Assembly (NCBI RefSeq): GCF_009914755.1
Contig: NC_060927.1
Origin: the human T2T-CHM13v2.0 reference genome, Homo sapiens
Direction: 5' to 3' (one strand)
Length of the DNA: 64,000 nt
Both the position numbers and the translations under genes were made by a program. Under the pieces are notes generated by a model. It worked only from the letters and a program-made list of their open reading frames with translations, did no database searches and was not told the origin of the DNA. How positions within the stretch are numbered: the stretch's first letter is position 1; each line of letters opens with the position of its first letter. Of the stretch, positions 45,946 through 58,942 are shown one piece after another.

Positions 45946-46090
45946 TGTGTATGTGTGTGTGTGTGTGTGTGTGTGTTTGTGTGTGTAGAAAGAGAAAATA
46001 GAAAGTGCAAGAAAGAGTGGGAGTGAGAGTGAGAGAAAATGGGAAAGAGAGACAGACAGAGATAGGGAAAGACAAGCAGAGATAGAGATG
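45946..46090. repeat. (TG)n microsatellite (45946-45986) followed by a GA-rich tract
   Basis: Read directly. Confidence 0.9.
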
Positions 46091-46169
46091 CATGAAAGGC
46101 TGCTGTAAAGGAAAAGTGACCAATGAAGATGTACTTCTTTTACTTTCAGACTCATTCAGGCATATTGTT

Positions 46170-46620
46170 TGCTTTAGCTTAGCTCCTGACAAATACAGAC
46201 CCTGAGACAAATGTTTGCATACAGGTAATTTGTTTGGGAATATAATCCTTTAGTAAGCAGGGAAGGCCAATAAGATTCCATTTTGATTTTTTGAGATGGC
46301 TCCTTAGACCTCCTTTCTGAGAGACTGGTGCTCAATCTTGCCAGAGTCTTCAGAAAATCCTTACAGTCATCTGCCCAGGAGAAGAAAGGGAAGCATTTAT
46401 TTGTTGATTCCAATACTCCATTGGTTAAGGGTGGCTCCACAGGCATCAATCACTATGTTTCCATGTCACTTGTGTTTTCAGCCTGGGGAGTTAAGAGTGG
46501 TTCTACCTGAGCCCCATGTTATAGCACTAATGAAATCCAAAGGCAGGAAATGAAGGGTATAAGGGGCAGGCTAGAAGCCTTGCAAAGGCCAGAGGAAGAC
46601 ATGAAGGTGAGCGTTTGTAA
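46170..46620 (-). mobile_element. Old ERVL LTR (LTR40/41-like)
   Basis: CAGACCCTGAGACAAATGTTTGCATACAGGTAATTTGTTTGGGA terminal motif. Confidence 0.45.
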
Positions 46621-47047
46621 GAAGTATTCACCACGCTGCTTTTGCCTACTTCCATGACCATGAGCCTGAAGCCTTCATTAAGACCTCCTAATGAATTCAC
46701 CATCACCTTGCTCAGTCTTGGCCCATATTTTTGGAAGTACAGTGCTAAGGTGGAATCTCTGAAGTAATATATGTGAAACTACCTGTCAAAGAGTAGGCAC
46801 TTAATTGATATATGTCATGTGCGAAGCTGTCCATGTCCTGCATAGACATCTCTGAGCAGACAGACCAAGCTGCTCTGATATAACTATTATAAGCTAGAAG
46901 GAAAGTTCATATTCGGTTGGCTTTATGAAAACAAACAAATAAATAAGAGAACAACTCTACCAAAACAATCAGAAAAGTATTCCTAGTTAGTATCTGTATG
47001 GATTCACAATGCCATATTTTGTAAATGAACATACAAATATGAGTTAA

Positions 47048-47173
47048 CAGCTACTGGGAGGGTGAGGCAGGAGAATCTCTTGAACCTGGGAGGCGGAGGT
47101 TGCAGTGAGTGGAGATCGTGCTACTGTATTCTAGCCTGGGTGAGACTCCGTCTCAGAAAAAAAAAAAAAAAAG
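47048..47173 (+). mobile_element. 5'-truncated AluS right arm
   Basis: TSD AAATA(T/G)GAGTTAA at 47035-47047 and 47174-47186; A tail. Confidence 0.92.
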
Positions 47174-47339
47174 AAATAGGAGTTAATACTTACGGTACTT
47201 TGAGCTTGGTCATCCTCTCTTGAAAAGAGGGACTCTGGGCACTGCTGAGTTGTTTCCAATTTATACTCAATGTTACTATTTGGCTTTAATGAACCAATCT
47301 CCGAGTTTAACAAGCTTAAAAATGACCGTGTTCTCAGAA

Positions 47340-47760
47340 ACAGTTGTCCTAGCTTAGGAATTTATTCCAAGAAATTATTCAGAGATAAGTTCTAAACTGA
47401 TGTATAAGAAAGAATTATTTTAATGTAACTCATAATCATAATTTGAAAACAACCTAAGTGTCTCCCAAATAGAAGTTTTAGGTAATTTATGGTAAATGGT
47501 AGCATGAGATGTTTTGTAGACATTAAAATACTGTTTTAAAAATGGGAAAATCCTCCTAAGTGGCCTGATATGAACACAGGTTATGAAAGTGCATATTCAA
47601 GATAACAATTGTGCTGAAAAAATATGTACATGGAAACTAGAAAAAAATGCACAAATTTTAACACTGCTTACCTCAAAGTTGATTTGTGTTTTACATTATG
47701 CTTGTCAATATTTCCCCCATTTTTTATTTTGAATATGTGATACATTAATATCAGAGAAAA
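47340..47760 (+). mobile_element. L1ME-like 3' end
   Basis: CTTAGGAATTTATTCCAAGAAAT and TTGAAAACAACCTAAGTGTC. Confidence 0.55.
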
Positions 47761-48993
47761 AGGAACTATTAAGAAAATACTGGGGGGAATGCTAAAAAGA
47801 GCATGGCAAACAGCTAACTGGCCACTGTGATTGAGAGATCAAAAGCAATTCAACAGATATTAAATATTTAACATGCTAGCCTACTTTCTTTTGCCTTCAT
47901 TCTGTCACCCATGTCAGGTTTAGACTTTGTTAGGATCCTTTTCTTCTACCAGAATGCATTGTAGTAGAGCTGATCAAAACACCCATACTCTGACTTTCTT
48001 GGAAGTCTGCCGGTGGCCGACTATACCACCATTTCTATACTTTCAGGCTCCAATAACAGCAACTTCTGCCCGTGTAACAGGAAACTCTAGACTTTCTGGC
48101 AAGGCTTTTCTTGCCATTTGATGTTGCTGCAACATCCCAAGATTCTGGCTGGACCCAAGATGTATCACATAAGGCAGGAACAAAGCCAGCAGGGGCAGTA
48201 ATCAATGCTGAACAAGTTTGGTCTAATATTTCTTCTGTAGTCACACTCTGCCCTATGAAGAGCTGTTCTGTCATCATCCCTCATAACAGCTAGAAAGATA
48301 CCTGGCTCAATCCATTACTGGAAAGAGTGCTGTATTTCTTATATAATCTAAAAATCCAGAGGATAGTTTAAATATTTCTTTACTGCTCAAATGTGCCCTC
48401 TGTCTGTGTCCATCCTGTCTCTCTCGAAACTCCCACATGTCCTTCTTTTCTGGATCCCTTCCCTCCATTTTTTAATTACCCCTTCTCCTGTGAGGTCTGG
48501 CTTCTTAATTCTGCTGCCATCTCTTGTAGGTGTTTAGAAAACTTCAAACTTGCAGTTGCCCCATAAAATCAATTTGATATGAAATTACAACATTCTTCAC
48601 AGTGGACCTATAGGACAAATCTCTTTTTTTTTTTTTTTGCTAAAATTGATCAATTCTTCTAGAATATTTCTCTGGATTATAGGGAGGAAAAATTAGTACA
48701 ATAATGGATAGTTCTTACAGAGAGTCAGAACAGCATTCCACTTAAAACAAGACATTGACTTCTTCAGTCCCTCACCTCTTGATCAAACTATGATTAATGT
48801 TGCTTTAAGGAGCATAAGCAGAATTTCTTATTAATTTTCAAGTATGGTTAGTTCTCCACAAATGTTAAAGGTTGCTTTTTTAAAAGCAACCTTTATAAGA
48901 AAATGAGAGACTGAATAATTTAAAAAATATACAGACATTTTTGTGTAAGTTGAAGAATCAAATTTGGAAACGATCTAAAATTGAAATTTCATA

Positions 48994-49354
<361 letters not shown>

Positions 49355-50799
49355 TTACAACATAACTAAAGAGAAAGCAATATCACCTGGAATTAGCAAT
49401 AATGGTGACTGTGTTATGAATTTCTACCTATGATCTCTGTCATGCTAAAAACTTAAAAACCTTTGAGGATTTTTCTCCTCCAAATATTTAGGATGTTTGT
49501 ATAACAAGTGTCAAGAGGAGTCTCCTCTTATTGGAGGATATAAGCCAGAGACTTTTGCTTTTTCCAATTACCTGTTAATTGTAATATATTGAATGCACCT
49601 GGATAGAGGCAACGTGCAGAAGAGCATCAACAACATCAAACTAAAGAAGGCTGAAGTGAAAAGTCATGGGGATTCTTTGGAATGTTAATGCATAATTATG
49701 AGACAGTTTGGTTGAGAACTGACATTTGCGCATAAAGCATATATGTCACCCTCAGAGTGTTCAGTAGCATTTGTCTGTACACCTTTTAGGACTTGAACTA
49801 TACTCTACTTTATAGTATCACCGTTAGTTTACTTTATCACATTCGCAAGATGCTAAACGTTTTAAGCACATAATTGTGACTGAGCACCCTCAGGTTTGGA
49901 CCTCTTGCTACCCTGGGTGTTAGTGTAGCAATGTAAATGCAATCACTATCACAGCCAAGTCTATGTTAGTCCATGTGGCACTTTTGTGTGAGTTATAAAA
50001 GTCAGGTGCTGCCTCCAGGTAGATGCATCCCTTTGCTAGGGTGTGCACATTGGTGATCCAACTGTAGTCTGGATTTCAGCCCCCATCTATTCCGCAAATT
50101 GGGTGACCATATGCAGGGAGCAGCCTACACAGCCATGCAGATGTCCCTGATCATTTCTCACTAATTTGTAAAGTAAACATGACTTCAAGGAGCCAGACCC
50201 AGGAGAATTATCCCTCAGGTGTTGAGCTAGCTTTAATCTGTGGTACCTGGTACACATTTTTAAGCTCTTTAAATCCAACTGGAAATGGAGAGATATGGTT
50301 AAGGCAACTGGAAAGTCTAAAGAATGCCACGTAGGATCTACTCTTCAAATCACATTACAAATATGCTCCACAGAGTCTTGTTGCATAATTTTATAGCTAC
50401 TCTTTATTCTTCCAAAGCACCAAAGTTGTTGTAGAAAGTAAATACATTAATTGGACCCTTTCTAGTCCTAAAAAGTTCAAGGACAGTCTGGGGCCTTCCA
50501 TAGACATCAACTGCTTTTAGAGAAACCCTTCCTTAACTCTTCATTTATATACCTAGCTGCAATGCATTACTGATTCGAGACATACCAGGTAAGGTGCTAT
50601 TATATAGAGAGCATAAACAGGTGTAATAACCAACATGCCAATATGCTATAATGGGGAGAAGCCTTTTTTATTATGAAGATAAAGACAGTAATTATAAGAA
50701 ATGTGTGCCTTATAAGCTTCAGTAAAGTGACCTTCCTCAGATTCAGCACCAAAACAAAGAATATCACTTTTCCTCTGTATGAACTTTGTCCTAAGCTCT

Positions 50800-51335
50800 G
50801 TCAACAGTTGAGCCAGAGCTTTGTTGATTGCTCAGCTGTCCAGAAACCTACCAAAAAGCCTGTTGATAAAGCGAAGCTGAGTTTATTAGATTTACTGCAG
50901 TAGGGCAGAACACCACCTTGACAGAATCTTAGAAGTGCTTTAGACAACTGAGGTCAGAGAAGATCAGTTTCAAGGTTTTGAGGTCTAGAATCAAGAGGTT
51001 CAAGCTAGATCTTTCAAGAAAGAGCAATGATTGAGAATGGGTAAAATTTGTATTAGAATAATAATTTGGAGTTGCTGAACACTTTAAGGTGAGGCTCTTA
51101 AATGAGTCTTGATAAGTAAATTCTTGTCTGATAATGAATAGTTTGCCCAGATAATGAAACTGTTTTTCTGAGAGAAGAGCTATCTAATGTCCATATGAGC
51201 CCACCATTTGCTAAGATAAATTGAATTGCAATCATTTTCTGAAGTTTCTTACTTGTTTAAAATCTTATCTTCCTGAATGATAATTTCCTGGAGATAATTT
51301 AGTCATATTAACAAAGGCAGTCTCAGGTCTCTGTC
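50800..51335 (-). mobile_element. Old ERV1-type LTR (family uncertain)
   Basis: AAAGCGAAGCTGAGTTTATTAGATTTACTGCAGTAGGG..AACACCACCTTGACAGA, an antisense poly(A)-signal region typical of such LTRs. Confidence 0.4.
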
Positions 51336-51799
51336 TTCTGTTCCCATATGTTAACCTATACTATGGGCTCTTGACCCCAGAAGTCACCTCACAACCCTCA
51401 CCCAGCAGATCTATCTCGTGTACTATGGGATTCCATTATATCTTACAGGTTCCCCCATTTCTGTCCTTATCATACTATATTCTAATTGCCTCTCTTTCTA
51501 GGTAAACTATGAGCAACTTAAGGGCAACAATTTTCTTTTTTTTTTCTTTCAGTACCTCTAAAATATCCTGAGACATTCTAGATCTTAAAAAAAATATAAC
51601 TTTGGAATGAATGATTAACTTACGCTATTTCCTCAAGGTCAACATTAGCTATTTGGTATTGGTCTATCAAAGGATAGTTGAAGGCAGTTGTTTCAGATTT
51701 GGACCTCACCTCTGTCATTTATGTCTCTGATGCTCAATTTCTCTATTTGTAAAATGAGAATGCATATAATGGTTAACACCACTCTTGAGTACACAAATC

Positions 51800-52030
51800 T
51801 CCAATTTATTGCTGTGTTTATAATATGTCAAGAAATGTGCTAAGCGTTTACATAGATGATCTACTTTATTCCTCACAATAATCCTGGGAGGCACTATGAT
51901 ACAAGTTTTATATGATGAATAAACTGAGGCTCAGAGAAATTAAATAATTTTCCCAAATTCACATAATCAGAAACTGTAAGACCAGAATCTTCTGATGAGA
52001 AAAGCCAGATTTCAACCACTTCATTAGATT
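51800..52030 (-). mobile_element. MIR
   Basis: TCCTCACAATAATCCTGGGAGG and TAAACTGAGGCTCAGAGAAATTAAATAATTTTCCCAA. Confidence 0.8.
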
Positions 52031-52869
52031 TCCAACCACCTCGTGGGTATTTTAACATGATTTTATGAATTTGGAAGTAAGAAGCTTGAATTTATCTAAA
52101 TAAGAATCTTTACTATATCATGTTCAGCACGAGACTTATGGTCTGTCTTACTGCATACCTCACACGATGGGGTAAACAGAATCTTAAGAGTCAGTCTTCC
52201 ATGATGGAAACGTTGTACTTACAAAGAGGTGTTAATGTTGAGTTGAATCCAGCCATCTTGAAATTTCTACCTAGAGTGATATGTTTTACCTTTTGTATAT
52301 AAACAGAATAAATTAAATCATTCTTTTTTGCATATCCACACATTACAATTAAAAACACGTCTCATGCTTTCATAATCTTCCTTCTGTACCACCCTAACCA
52401 AACTATCTCCTCTCAGATTTAAGCATTCCCACCCTACTCAGGTGTTCTCCATATACCATCATTGGGTTTGAGCACCTGTCTATCAACCTGGGGACATTAA
52501 TCTGGGCATGTTATAGATTAACAAAAATATTTTCTATTATGCTCCAAACTGGACATAATACCACAGGTGGTATTATGTTTGACCAGTATAAGACAGGGAT
52601 AATAAGAGTATCCAGCATATTATGGTTTCTGTTGCCCTTCAGGGGTAGTTATACATCCTGTCTTATTTTGGCAAATAGTTATGCCACAGAGGGTTGATTT
52701 CCGTGTTCCTAAGGTCTTAATTATGGAAGATAGTTTTTCTTTTTGGGGCTGCTATCTTCTTACTCTTCTCTCACTCTCTTTGGTCAACGCCTGCTCTCTA
52801 GATTAAATGCAAAACCAATTCCCACTCAGAGGGAGGCAGAATTTATGAACGGAGGTTTTTGTAGTGAGA

Positions 52870-53090
52870 CTACATAAAATTTAATCTTTGGTTTGCTACT
52901 TACTATCTCTATGAGCTTGAAAAGTTCTTTGACCTCCCTGAGCTTCAGCTATGTCATCTCCAAAGTGGGAATTCTAATCCCTTCCCTTTTGGTGGTGGTA
53001 TACATGTTAAATTACAAAAGGTAGGTAAAATGCTCATCTCAGATCTCAGTCCCTGACAAATAGTAAAAGGTAACAAAAAAGATAACTGTT
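52870..53090 (+). mobile_element. MIR
   Basis: TTTGCTACTTACTATCTCTATGAGCTTGAAAAGTTCTTTGACCTCCCTGAGCTTCAG. Confidence 0.65.
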
Positions 53091-53540
53091 GTTTTTAAAT
53101 CAAAATAATTGAAAATTTTAACAGTGATCTTCCAGTAGCTGGGTTATATCTAAATAAGTAATCAAATAGTTTATAAAGGAATTACCACGGTCTCAGGGCC
53201 TTCATCAACTCTTTGTAGCCACTGATTTTTGCAGTGACAAAAATAAACACATTTCTTCAATTCTCAAGGCTTTGATAAAAAGATAAAAAACAAGGTTCCT
53301 GATATGTCTGTGTATTTGTACTCATGTTTATATATAACTTCACAATTGAGTTTTAAAATTTTTCCAGCTCTTATTTGCTAATGACCCTGCACAGTGATCA
53401 CATAATAAGTTATTGAGAATGTACTGGTAATAGGCCTTATTGCCATTTTCTAAATTCAGGTTACTGTAATCTGTCTCCTAGGCTACAATAATACTTTTTT
53501 AATCTATGTAAATTTCTTTGAGACTCAGTAGTCCCAGTTT

Positions 53541-53835
53541 TTTTTTTTTTTTTTGAGACAGGGTCTTGCTCTGTCGTCCAGGCTGGAGTGCAATGGTGTG
53601 ATCTCAGCTCAATGCAACTTCCACCTCCTGAGTTCAAGTGATCCTCCACCTCAGCTTCCTGAGTGTCTGGGATTACAGGTGCATGCCACCATGCCCGGCT
53701 AATTTTTGTATTTTTGGTATAGACAGGGTTTCACCTTGTTGGCCAGGCTGGTCTTGAACTCCTGGGCTCAAGTGACCCACCTGCCTCAGTTTCCCAAAGT
53801 ACTGGGATTACAGGTGTGAACCACTGGGCCCAGCC
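53541..53835 (-). mobile_element. AluJb-like, inserted in a MIR (about 53460-53940)
   Basis: GAACTCCTGGGCTCAAGTGA; TSD AGTAG(T/C)CCCAGTTT at 53527-53540 and 53836-53849. Confidence 0.92.
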
Positions 53836-55204
53836 AGTAGCCCCAGTTTGAAATGAAAACGATAATACCTATCTTACCTGGATGCTTATGAGGATTAATT
53901 CAAATTTTTGTATATGACATAGTAGATATGTGGCTAATAAGTTTTCTAAAACTTAATTCTTTACCCCTACTTGTTAGGGGGAGCTTGATAATATGATGCT
54001 CCTGCTACCTATTATAATAAGCACAAATATATAAGCATAACCTGATAAATATATGTCCCACAGGTGATCCCTACCTTTTCAAATTTAACATGTACACACC
54101 TCATTATTTAGCTTTCAGAAGTCTCTTTTTTGTTGTTGCAACTATGAGTGTGAGGGCAGAAAGACAATCTTGTTTCCACACTTAGTATCATATGTTAAAT
54201 ATTTCCATTATTTAAGCTGCATTTTGGAACAGTTGCCTGAGGTTAATAGCAGGAGATTATTGCAATTTATGTTCTGAATATACATCTCAGTTCCTATGGG
54301 GGAGGAAGGTTGGGAGAGAACTTCTTGATTGCAGTTAAAAATTCTGATTTCCCTCCCTCTGCACGACAATTACAACTGCTATCAGTGTGTCAAACATGTG
54401 GGATATGCCTCCCAAGAGAGCAGACCCCACAGTTCCTTCAAACATCAAATGCAGTGACATGACAGATCAAAAACAATCAGTTGCTTTCTGTTTTTTAAAA
54501 TATATATGACAGTCACATTCATACCAAATGATTTCAACAAGATTAATGTTATTCAAGTCAGTACCTAGAAATTAATCATTTCACCACTATTTTAGTGTTA
54601 ACGAGACACTTTAGTGGAATCATTTGACAAAGACTATTCACATTAAATTGAGAGGAGAGGCACAGATGTCAAAAGCTAATTAGTACCGGAAAAATTCTAT
54701 AGAGCATTCTGAGTTGAGTTTTAGAAATAGGATCTATGCCTTTGGAAGTTTCTCTTTTGCTTACTTTACTCTTGGGTCCTGGCCTCTGTCCTCTTAGGTA
54801 ACATCCAAAACCCGGCTAGGATGTGTCATCTCCCTAGATACTCCTGTTTTAAAAAGAAGCACTTTCAGAACACAATTAAAAACAATCATCATTATCATTA
54901 CAGATAATACAATAAGTGTTACCATGTTATAGAAACTATGCTTGGAATATTAGGAATACCATTATTATCCCCCTTCTTCAGCTAAGAAAAATAAGATAAA
55001 TAGACTTGTTTAAGGTCAATTTGCTTAGGCAACAACTCGTTGCTTTTTTTTACTATTCTAAATCTTTAGTTCAATTGCTGTTTCAGGACTGTTTCTTTCT
55101 ACTATGACATGTTCCTTTAGAGAAACCCAAACTCAAGTTTCTCAAATGAAATCAACAGTGACCTGGTAGGTAGTGAAGTTTAATTTTTAGGAGAGAGCCA
55201 CATA

Positions 55205-56080
55205 TTCCTTTGAAATAGTGTATTAATCAGTCCTAGAAGTTACATTGGGTTTTATCATTTGCCCTTATCTGCTGAGAATTATCAACTTTTTGCATATTAT
55301 GAGCATATTTTCCTTTGCCTCACTGAGCATAGTTATAATAGCTGCTTCATTGTAATTGTCTGCTCATTCCAAAATTTAGATAATTTGGATGATTTTCTTG
55401 TTTTAAATGTTAGTCTTACAGTCCTGTCTCTTTGCATGTTGAGTAATTTCTAATTTTATCCTGAACGTTGTGGAAGTCATATATTGTAGTTTCTGTATTC
55501 TGTTATATTCCTCAGAAGAGCATTAAATTTTGCTTTGGCAGACAATTAACTTGGTTGGGCTCAAAGTGAATACTCTGCCTCTTGGTTAAAAGCTGAAAAC
55601 TCAATTATTTTATCTGAAAGTTGGTTGCTTTGTGTTTGCCCCACACGTGTGTGGTTTGGGGCTGAGCCAGAGATTGGGCAGAGAATTTTGGTGTTTCTTT
55701 TCTAGCTCTCTTCTTTCTGTGATCCCTCTCACTTCACTTTCCAGATATTGTAGATATCCCAAAATAATTTGTCCTCCTGTCTTCTTTCCACGATCTCTTT
55801 CACCTCACTTTCCAGATACTGTAGATGTCCCAAAATAATTTGTCCTCTTGTTCTTCAGGGTTTTCAATCATGGGTTTTTCAATCAGAGTTTTAGACTCCT
55901 TTCTTGGCTCTTACTGTGGATAGTTTAAAAGCTAGAGAGAGAAAGAGAGAACGTTGAGTGCTGTTCCTTTCTTCCAGGTTTTGATTTCTTCTCATCCTTC
56001 CCAGAATCTGCCTGCTCTTGTTCACTTTTAGGGCCTTCAGGGAGTTCATTTTTGTTTTATATCCAGAATTCATACTTTTT
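55205..56080 (-). mobile_element. Old L1M 5' region remnant
   Basis: CTGTATTCTGTTATATTCCTCAGAAGAGCATT and CCAGAATCTGCCTGCTCTTGTTCACTTTTAGGGCCTTCAG. Confidence 0.55.
55721..55856. repeat. Diverged 71-bp-period tandem duplication
   Basis: CACTTTCCAGATA(T/C)TGTAGAT(A/G)TCCCAAAATAATTTGTCCTC occurs twice; copies start at 55721 and 55792. Confidence 0.9.
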
Positions 56081-56357
56081 GTCTATGGGAGGCTTGATTT
56101 GATAGTTGCTGACCTGTCCTATTCTCTTTTGAGATTAAGAGCAAGCTAGAAATCTTTCCCAATAAACATAAATGTGCATGTGCAAATGAATATGCACAAT
56201 AACACATACGCAATTTATGAGGCAATTCTGTGGGGTAAATGCATCCATGTACATGTGGTGGATCTCTGTTCAAGAGTCCTCGGTTCCTGTGCATAGTGCT
56301 GAGATTACAAAGTTTACCAAGATGTAGTTTTCACCCTCATAGATTCCTTGTTTAGAG

Positions 56358-56571
56358 CAGGGGTCAGCAAGCTTTTCTTCAAGAGCAAGAGAGTAAGAAT
56401 TTTAGGTTTATGGGCTGGCTTTATGACCTCCATCACAACTTCTTCAATTTTGCTGTTATAGCACAAAAGCAGACATAGGCAATACATAAATTATAGGCAT
56501 AGTTATATTCAAATAAAACTTTATTTTAAAAAATAGGCTACAAGCCTATGGACTGTATATACTGTCCCCTA
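56358..56571. mobile_element. MER58A (hAT-Charlie)
   Basis: CAGGGGTCAGCAA start, AATAAAACTTTATTT core, ...CCCCTA end; hAT-type flanks GTTTAGAG and TTCTAGAA. Confidence 0.85.
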
Positions 56572-57612
56572 TTCTAGAAGCAAGACTGCAAATAAAAATA
56601 AAAATAGTTTAATAAGAGCATCAGTGTTAAAGAGAAATCCAAAATAATAAAACGAGAGACTGTGATTACTAAGGGAAGATACTGGCATTGAGACTCTGTT
56701 TAAAAAGCAAAATAAAATAGCATAAACATCACAAAATTGGTTTCGTCTTCTTATAGCCAAGATCCAAACATCAAACAACAGCAAATACACCTACCCCTGG
56801 CTTATGCATAGTAACTACCTCTTCATCAATTCTGCAGACTGAAACTCTAAATCCTGTTTTGAATTAGCTGTGGCATACAGTTTCACACTGTTTTGTGACT
56901 ATGTACCATCTTTATTCCACACTGGAATATGAGTTAATAGTACAAGTGATGGTGGGGATATATTCAGTTATTAACTTGTTTATGTGTCCTTATTCTTATT
57001 GTGGCAATTATTACTTAGTACTTGGACAAACTCATCTGAACAGATGATGGGGAAAAATTCATCTTCATCAATATCCATAACCTAGAGTAGAATAGGAATA
57101 ATCTCTTAAGAGATGTATACGCTGTACATTAACATTTTATAGGAATGAAAAATCATAAGAACATATCTAAGTGAAAGAACTAGTATGAATTCCATGGGGA
57201 AAAATATTTAAGCTGCGTTTTAACAGTTGGATAGATTTAAAAAAACAAAAACACGATAAAAACATTATTCTTCTAGTCTTTTTCTAGAAATTGAAATAAT
57301 ACAGACTTACATGGGGAAGGTGATCCCTTACCCCCTTTTCCTGATCCCCAAATTCTTCTGCCCCTTTTTTGACCTCTGTTCTGTTCCTCCCTCATTTCTC
57401 TTTAGGAGGAGAGAATACTGATGTCATCTATTCACACATATTAGTGGACAGGGTCATTGTGGAAGACAGAACAAGTGCTCATGTTTTCCCATCTATGTGG
57501 TAGAATGGCAATCTAATTATCAAACCTACATGCCTACTGGACATTGCTTTTGATTTCTGTACTTGTGTCCATTCAGAAAGTGGTAATGTTTCCAAACGCT
57601 GTAGTAATATTC

Positions 57613-58942
57613 CCAGTTCTTGGAGATATTGATGATTTGCTTCCAGACCACTGCAGTAAAGCAAATATTGCAATAGTAAGTTGCACACATTTTTTGCTTT
57701 GCCAGTGCATATAAAATGTTTACAAGGTAGTCTATTGTAATAGCATTGTGTGCAATAGCATTATGTCTAAAAAATACACATACTTGAATTTAAAAATGCC
57801 TTATTGCCAAAAGTACCAACAATCATCTGAGCCTTTAGTGAGTCCTAATCTTTTGGCAGGTGTTGCCTCAGTATTGATGGCTGCCAACTGATTACAGTGA
57901 TAGTTGCTGAAGTTTGGAGTGACTGAGGCAATTTCTTAAAGTAAGACAACAATGAAGCTTGCTGCATGAACTTACTCTTTCATTCACAAAAGATTGCTCT
58001 GCAACATGTGATGCTGTTTGATAGCATTTTACCCACAGTACGGTATCTTTCAAAAGTGGAGTCAATCCTCTTAAACCATATCATTCTACCATAAAAACAC
58101 ATGCACACGAATATTCATTGCAGCACTATTCACCATAGCAAAGACATGGAATCAACCTAAATGCCCATCAATGACAGACTGGATAAAGATAATGTGGTAC
58201 ATATACGCCATGGAATGCTATGCAGCCATAAAAAAGGAGATCATGCCTTTTGCGAAAACATGGATAGAGCTGGAGGCCCTTATCTTCAGCAAACTAACAC
58301 AGGAACAGAAAACCAAGTACTGCACGTTCTCACTTGTAAGTGGAAGCTAAATGATGAAAACTCATGAACACAAAGGAGGGAACAACAGACACTGGGATCT
58401 ACTTTGGGGCCAGGGTTGGAGAAGGAAGAGGAGCAGAAAAGATAACTATTGGGTACTGGGCTTAATACCCGGGTGATGAAATAATGTGTACAACAAACTC
58501 TCATGACACATGTTTACCTATGTAACAAAACTTCACATGTACCCCCTAACCTAAAATAAAAGCAAAAAAAAAAAATCCCCTTAAACCCTGTTATACTTTA
58601 TGAAGAACTACAATTATGTAATATTCTAAATACTTTGTTTTCATTTCAACAATATTTGTAGCATCTTCACCTGGAGTAGATCCACCTCAAGGAATTCCTT
58701 TCATTGCTCATTCATAAGAAGCAACTCTTCATCTATTCAAGTTTTATCATGAGATTGCAGCAATCCAATTACATTTTCAGATTTCACTTCAAATTCTAGT
58801 TCCCTTGCTGTTTCTACGAGATATGCCATTACTTCCTCCACTGAAGCCTTGGGCACCTCAAAGTCATCCATGAGGGTTGCAATTAACTTCTTCCAAACTT
58901 CTATTGATGTTAATATTTTGACCTCCTCCCATGAATTATGGA
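57613..58942 (-). mobile_element. Tigger1 (TcMar) fragment, split by an L1PA and cut off by an L1MA
   Basis: GGAGATATTG...TTCCAGACCACTGCAGTAAAGCAAATATTGCAATA; ORF 58737-59030 contains transposase-like VWKKLIATLMDDFE..KASVEEV. Confidence 0.9.
58078..58573 (+). mobile_element. 5'-truncated older L1PA (about L1PA13-16) 3' end
   Basis: L1 3' UTR ending CCTAAAATAAAAG plus an A tail; TSD AATCC(T/C)CTTAAACC at 58064-58077 and 58574-58587. Confidence 0.92.

Noticed and set aside
45671-46210. 179-aa ORF
   Set aside because: It runs through an LTR end, a GA-rich tract, a (CA)n repeat and a Charlie1 end; low complexity suppresses stops.
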